Source of the DNA: Bacteroidota bacterium
GTDB taxonomy: Bacteria > Bacteroidota > Ignavibacteria > UBA10030
NCBI GenBank assembly: GCA_017882185.1
Contig: JADGQA010000002.1
Location: forward strand, 1 to 48,336
Length of the DNA: 48,336 nucleotides
Direction: 5' to 3'
In this document: in pieces, positions 43,941 to 48,336 of the stretch
Layout: every line of letters begins with the position of its first letter
Position numbering within the stretch: the stretch's first letter is position 1
The notes under the pieces: model-generated
Seen by the model: the letters and a program-made list of their open reading frames with translations, nothing else
Databases searched by the model: none
What the model was told of the DNA's origin: nothing
Program-made: the position numbers and the translations under genes

Positions 43941-45545
43941 TCAGGTCTGTTCATTGGAATGAATCGGAAACGACAGGCGAAATGTGCTTCCTTTTCCCAT
44001 TTCGCTACGCAATGTGACTGTTCCTTTATGAGCGTCCAAGATATGCTTGACAAGCGTGAGGCCAAGCCCGGTTCCCTTCGTTTCTTGCACCAGCCCGCTC
44101 GAAACACGATAGAACTTCTCAAATATTCTCTTCTGTTGCAGGGGGTCAATGCCGATCCCGCGATCTTCAACATCCACGTAGACAGTTGTTCGCTCGCGTC
44201 CAGTACTGATATTGAGGTGTTTTTTCTGGTGACTGTATTTTATCGAATTGTCGATGACGTTCAAAAGCGCTTCAGCGATGGCCCCTCCATCCGCATCAAC
44301 CATGGGCAGCCGACCATCGATCCTCGTGGAAACTGTAAAACCTTCGTTCTCGAGATGGGTGCTGTAGTTTTTCAAAACGTCGCGGACGATTGTGTTCAGG
44401 TCGGCCGGTTCAAAATGGTATTCCTTTTTCCCGGCTTCCATCCTGGAAAAATTCAGAATGTTGTTGATGAGCCGAGTCAGCCGCTCGGTTTCCTGTACAA
44501 TCGTGTCGTAGTATTCCTGCTTCTTTGCTTCCGACCGCACCCGTTTCAATTGGAGAGTCTCACCGAACATCCGGATAAGCGCCAGTGGCGTTTTGATTTC
44601 GTGCGAGACATTCGAAACAAAATCAGACTTTAGTTGTGCAAGTTCCATCTCGTGCCGTACGGTCCTGTAGACCACCCATACGCCCGCAATAAGTACCACA
44701 TTGAGCAATCCGATCAGCACTAGATTGCGATAGAAACGAGCCCGAACAACTTCGTCGATTGTCTGCCCCCGGAGTCGAATACCGATCGTATAATCGGGAA
44801 ACAACCACAGATCTTTTGTCTGGCGGGCATCTCCTTGCGACATCTCTCCGGTAGCATACACAATTTGTGCTGAGTTCTTGCGGTTTACCGAAAGGAGGAA
44901 ATTGTCGCCGGCCGCTTCGTCCATTTTTCGTCCAAGAACATCCCGGATAAACCCTTCAGCGTCAATCACCATACCGACAACTTGGTGCGTTCCGTTTCTT
45001 CTGACAGAGACAAAGACAAGCGCCAGCGACGTTTCGCCAGCCTTATCCTTTATGAATATTGGATCAATCTTCCTGTATCCAGACGCCTGAAGTCTGAACA
45101 ATCGTTCGACTGCGTCGGCCTGTCGTCTGAGCGTAGCGGCGATCTCATTGGTAGTGAATTGCGCTCTAGGATTGATCCGGATGCCGGGATAAAATACTTC
45201 TATGTCGGTACCAGAACGGTCGGTGAGGAAGAGACAACGAATGCCCGCATTTTCATCAAGAAATCGAACAAAGAGAGAAGAAAGAGCTTTCTGTGATGTT
45301 GTGTGACTTACAAGGTCATCATTGATCGAATTCGTCCAGCTGTTTGCGATGTCCCAAGCATATTGATTGAGTGAAAACAGGACGACATCCAGTTGTTGGC
45401 GATAGATGTCTCCGATCAAGGCTTCGCTTCTCGTGAGCGTCGTGAACTCATATATCGAATAGAACATCGCGGGCAGGATGACGAGCAAAACGAGTACGGA
45501 GGCCAGTTTCCCTTTTGCTCCTATTGTTCCGATCTTCTCAAGCAT
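43941..45545 (-). CDS. Sensor histidine kinase with two TMs and a ~240-aa extracytoplasmic sensor domain
   Basis: The H-box is FVSNVSHEIKTPL. The N-box is NVIDNSIKYS. G1 is DRGIGI and G2 is GTGLGL. It sits immediately upstream of the response regulator. Confidence 0.9.
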   Translation of the reverse strand: MLEKIGTIGAKGKLASVLVLLVILPAMFYSIYEFTTLTRSEALIGDIYRQQLDVVLFSLNQYAWDIANSWTNSINDDLVSHTTSQKALSSLFVRFLDENAGIRCLFLTDRSGTDIEVFYPGIRINPRAQFTTNEIAATLRRQADAVERLFRLQASGYRKIDPIFIKDKAGETSLALVFVSVRRNGTHQVVGMVIDAEGFIRDVLGRKMDEAAGDNFLLSVNRKNSAQIVYATGEMSQGDARQTKDLWLFPDYTIGIRLRGQTIDEVVRARFYRNLVLIGLLNVVLIAGVWVVYRTVRHEMELAQLKSDFVSNVSHEIKTPLALIRMFGETLQLKRVRSEAKKQEYYDTIVQETERLTRLINNILNFSRMEAGKKEYHFEPADLNTIVRDVLKNYSTHLENEGFTVSTRIDGRLPMVDADGGAIAEALLNVIDNSIKYSHQKKHLNISTGRERTTVYVDVEDRGIGIDPLQQKRIFEKFYRVSSGLVQETKGTGLGLTLVKHILDAHKGTVTLRSEMGKGSTFRLSFPIHSNEQT

Positions 45546-45842
45546 AGAAAATCATTATTAGTCTTGAATAAAAGTTAGGCATTAGGGTTTCTAAGAGCAA
45601 GCGTACGAAATTGACCGTCAATCTATACGATTCCCAAAACTTGGAACAGGAAAAAGTCCGACGTCTCGACGGCGGTTCGATTCATCCGATGCTTGATTTC
45701 AGCGAAGCCGACCTTTGTTTACCCATCAAGAAGCCTGATAAATCACCAGGCATCGAACTCGCTGTGATCGAATTCGTTCGACGATTGAATCTCGACTTCT
45801 CATGTCTTACTTTGATTCTGAACCTTCGAAAGGAGCCCCTCT

Positions 45843-46409
45843 ATGATTCTCTTCTATGTTCTGCTCGCCGCTGCCATGGTGCTTCTTCTGTGGATCGTTG
45901 TCAAGTACAACGGTCTCATTATGCTTCGCAACCAGGCACTGAATGGTTGGAAGCAGATCGACGTCCAGCTGAAGCGAAGGCACGATCTGATTCCGAACCT
46001 CGTCCAGACCGTCAAAGGTCAAATGGAATTTGAGCAGGATACTCTCCAAAAAGTTATCCAGGCTCGCAACGCTGCTATCTCGGCGAAAGGCATTGCGGAC
46101 TCTGCGGTGAAGGAAGATATGTTGTCGGGAGCGTTGAATAAACTGTTCGCACTCGTCGAGAACTATCCGACGTTGAGGTCGAACGAAAACGTAAAACAAC
46201 TCCAGGAAGAACTGACAAGCACGGAGAACAAAATTTCATTTGCTCGTCAATTCTACAACGACATTGCCACCAAGTTCAATATTGCCCAGCAGGTTTTTCC
46301 GGCCAACATTATTGCGGCAATGTTCAATTTCAAAACATCGGAATTGTTCGAGATCAAGGTAGATGCGGAACGAGAAGTTCCGAATGTCGATTTGTCCCTG
46401 AAGAAGTGA
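45843..46409 (+). CDS. lemA: LemA-family membrane protein
   Basis: An N-terminal TM is followed by the typical YNGLIMLRNQALNGWKQIDVQLKRRHDLIPNLV and ARQFYNDIATKFN. An AAAGGAG RBS lies upstream. Confidence 0.9.
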   Translation: MILFYVLLAAAMVLLLWIVVKYNGLIMLRNQALNGWKQIDVQLKRRHDLIPNLVQTVKGQMEFEQDTLQKVIQARNAAISAKGIADSAVKEDMLSGALNKLFALVENYPTLRSNENVKQLQEELTSTENKISFARQFYNDIATKFNIAQQVFPANIIAAMFNFKTSELFEIKVDAEREVPNVDLSLKK

Positions 46410-46567
46410 CGTTTTCTTTCATTCTGATCCCGACAGAGTCGGGAGAAGAATCTGAATGGAAGTGATGCCTCGTACATTACCGCAGATGGCAGAGAGTATC
46501 GCGGTAGATCAGATTCTTCTGTCGTAGTGCCTTCGGCACAACTCTCTCAGGATGACGGGACCCTACA
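46410..46567 (+). other. Highly structured intergenic region (nested inverted repeats) between the LemA and M48 protease genes
   Basis: Hairpin TCCCGAC-aga-GTCGGGA lies at 46428..46444. A 12-bp perfect long-range pair joins AGAAGAATCTGA (46444..46455) to TCAGATTCTTCT (46509..46520). That pair encloses TACCGC/GCGGTA (46478..46483 and 46501..46506). Hairpin GTGCC-ttc-GGCAC lies at 46527..46539. Confidence 0.45.
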
Positions 46568-47554
46568 ATGGACAAGACCCGCAATATCTACGAACAGCAG
46601 GAACACAACAAGCGAACAACGTTTGCTGTGATGATTATTTTTGTCGTCTTCTTGGGACTCATCGGAGTTGGCTTCGATGCATTCTATCTCGGCACGATTA
46701 GCGAAGATGCGTTCCTGCCAATTGGGACTGTCATAGCGCTTGGCCTCGGGTCGCTTTCAGCGGCGTGGAGTCTTCAGAGCGGCGCAAAAGCGGTGCTGAC
46801 GTCAACGAATGCTGTACCCGCCGACCCGAACAATCCATCCCACAAGCAGCTTCTGAATGTTATTGATGAGATGAGCATTGCCTCGGGTTTGCCCAGACCC
46901 CAGGTTTACATCGTGCCTGACCCTGACCCCAATGCGTTTGCGACAGGCAAAGATCCTCAGAACAGCTCCATTGCCGTTACACAAGGACTTCTCGACTCTC
47001 TCAACAGAGAAGAATTGCAGGGTGTTGTTGCGCACGAGATGAGTCACATACGCAATTACGACATACGATTGATGACGGTGATTGCCGCGATGATGGGAGC
47101 AATATTGTTGCTTTCCGACTGGGCGCGAAGAGGCTTGTTTTGGGGAGGTGGCTCAAGAAGGAAGAGCAGGTCGAGCGAAGGGAGTTCCGCTGGACCGATT
47201 GCGCTGATATTGTTGGTGCTGTGGATCATCGGTGTCATTCTCGCGCCGTTGATTGGTCAATTGATGGCGATGGCGGTATCGCGCAAGCGAGAATACCTGG
47301 CAGATGCATCCGGTGCAGAACTAACGCGGAATCCAATGGGACTCGTTCACGCACTCACGAAACTTGAAAGCGCATCCGCGCCGACTGCATCGATCAAGCG
47401 AGGCGCCGCTCATTTGTGCATCGTTGATCCACTTGGAAGAAAGATGAACGCAAAAGAAGGGTTTGCTGCGGAGTTGTTCGGGACCCACCCTCCCATGAAG
47501 AACCGCATTATCGCTCTTGAAGCAATGGCGTACCAGATGAAACCGTCACTGTAG
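46568..47554 (+). CDS. M48-family zinc metalloprotease (HtpX-like)
   Basis: HEMSHIRNYD is the HExxH motif. There are two N-terminal and two central TM segments. The downstream third-ligand glutamate context is REYLADASGAELT. Confidence 0.9.
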   Translation: MDKTRNIYEQQEHNKRTTFAVMIIFVVFLGLIGVGFDAFYLGTISEDAFLPIGTVIALGLGSLSAAWSLQSGAKAVLTSTNAVPADPNNPSHKQLLNVIDEMSIASGLPRPQVYIVPDPDPNAFATGKDPQNSSIAVTQGLLDSLNREELQGVVAHEMSHIRNYDIRLMTVIAAMMGAILLLSDWARRGLFWGGGSRRKSRSSEGSSAGPIALILLVLWIIGVILAPLIGQLMAMAVSRKREYLADASGAELTRNPMGLVHALTKLESASAPTASIKRGAAHLCIVDPLGRKMNAKEGFAAELFGTHPPMKNRIIALEAMAYQMKPSL

Positions 47555-47879
47555 CTTCCCTACGATGACTCATCGCAATAATGTCTGCCCCCTATCTAAG
47601 AGCAGAGAACCTAGATCGTATTTCGCTCTGACCTAAACATTGCAGGATCAATTCCACGCTTGGTCTCGACCATCAAGACTGCATATACAACGATTGTTCC
47701 CACCATCATACCGAACCCTCGAAGAAAAAATGAAAAAGAATCTGATTGGCATTCCGTTTCGAAACGTGATTGTCAGTGTATTGGATTCGGAGGCATACCC
47801 TGAAATGGAGCAGACTGCGCGCGACACCCATGTGCTGCCTTACCGATCGAAATAGAATAATCCGAGTAAGGAGGCAACA

Positions 47880-48336
47880 ATGGAACGAAGAGATTATCTA
47901 AAACAGATATTGCAGTACGGCGGTTGTGTGGGCGGACTTGCGTTCTTGAATCCTTCCAACGAAGACGCCCTCTTCCAGACATTGGATGATGATTGTAAGG
48001 CCATCAAGAATGAAAAGGAATTCATCCAGAACTGGTTGAAAGATTTGATTACCACCATCGACAAAGAATTGGATGATGAAACGAAACAAAAGCTCACGGC
48101 AGGATGTGGAAGGGGCTGTTTCAATCGCTTCAAGTTCAAGCAGGATATCGCTGTGAAAGGGAAAGGGAACTTGGACAAGTTAATCGAGGCCTATAAACAA
48201 GACTTTGAGATCTGGAAACAAAACAACAGGGTTCACATCCGTTACGGCGAGGTGTCCAAGGGGTGCTGTTGTCCCGCCGCAAGGTACCGACCAGCAAAAC
48301 CGAACGATCTACATTGCGAATGCACGCACAACACAC
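47880..48336 (+). CDS. Partial CDS (runs off the window): Tat-signal-like, cysteine-rich protein
   Basis: This ORF is not in the ORF track because it has no stop within the window. TAAGGAGG lies 7 nt upstream of the ATG. The N-terminus MERRDYLKQILQYGG resembles the twin-arginine RRxFLK motif. The Cys motifs are GCGRGC, KGCCCP and HCECT. Confidence 0.6.
   Translation, partial: MERRDYLKQILQYGGCVGGLAFLNPSNEDALFQTLDDDCKAIKNEKEFIQNWLKDLITTIDKELDDETKQKLTAGCGRGCFNRFKFKQDIAVKGKGNLDKLIEAYKQDFEIWKQNNRVHIRYGEVSKGCCCPAARYRPAKPNDLHCECTHNT

Noticed and set aside
43959-44633. A 224-aa plus-strand ORF.
   Set aside because: It is antisense to the catalytic domain of the histidine kinase and is a typical shadow frame.
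1-48336. A window-wide check for tRNA, rRNA, tmRNA, RNase P RNA, SRP RNA, CRISPR repeats, IS elements, integrases and prophage genes.
   Set aside because: No spaced direct-repeat arrays are present. There are no transposase- or integrase-like ORFs. I recognised no conserved RNA cores by eye, such as the RNase P P4 GAGGAAAGTCC or the SRP GGAAGCAGCC. A covariance-model scan would be needed to be definitive.

Overview
This 48.3-kb window is gene-dense and looks like ordinary chromosome. I see no rRNA, tRNA, CRISPR array, transposase, integrase or other mobile-element signature. An Hc1-type histone H1-like gene, a PorV/PorQ-like outer-membrane gene and ECF sigma/anti-sigma pairs suggest an FCB-group organism (Ignavibacteria/Bacteroidota-like); that taxonomic call is inference only. 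Most genes are housekeeping: feoAB, lon, dnaX, rseP-dxr, pdxJ, rpsT, a trans-sulfuration PLP enzyme, an SDR, a CDF transporter, a two-component system and a LemA/M48 pair. The most unusual locus is a self-contained two-gene operon (33.6-34.7 kb) encoding only BMC-H microcompartment shell proteins. It has its own strong sigma70-like promoter, an intercistronic hairpin and a terminator, and the window contains no pentamer, BMC-T or cargo enzyme. The second paralog has a divergent pore loop and a C-terminal acidic linker plus a Rho-N/HeH-like module. Other points worth a second look are listed below.
- dnaX has an A9-G slippery tract at the domain III/IV boundary; a -1 shift there gives one codon and then a stop.
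- A CHASE2 adenylate cyclase cluster also encodes a FecR-like protein, a large outer-membrane barrel protein and a secreted protein, and is split by an internal terminator.
- One Omp85-type barrel is fused to a bactofilin-like beta-helix.
- A KirBac-type K+ channel is translationally coupled to a secreted protein.
- The CDF transporter carries three tandem cytoplasmic domains.
- A large SF1 helicase has a coiled-coil insertion.
- The LemA-M48 intergenic region is highly structured.
Whether any of this is truly undescribed cannot be decided without database searches, and I found no convincing defence island or toxin-antitoxin system.
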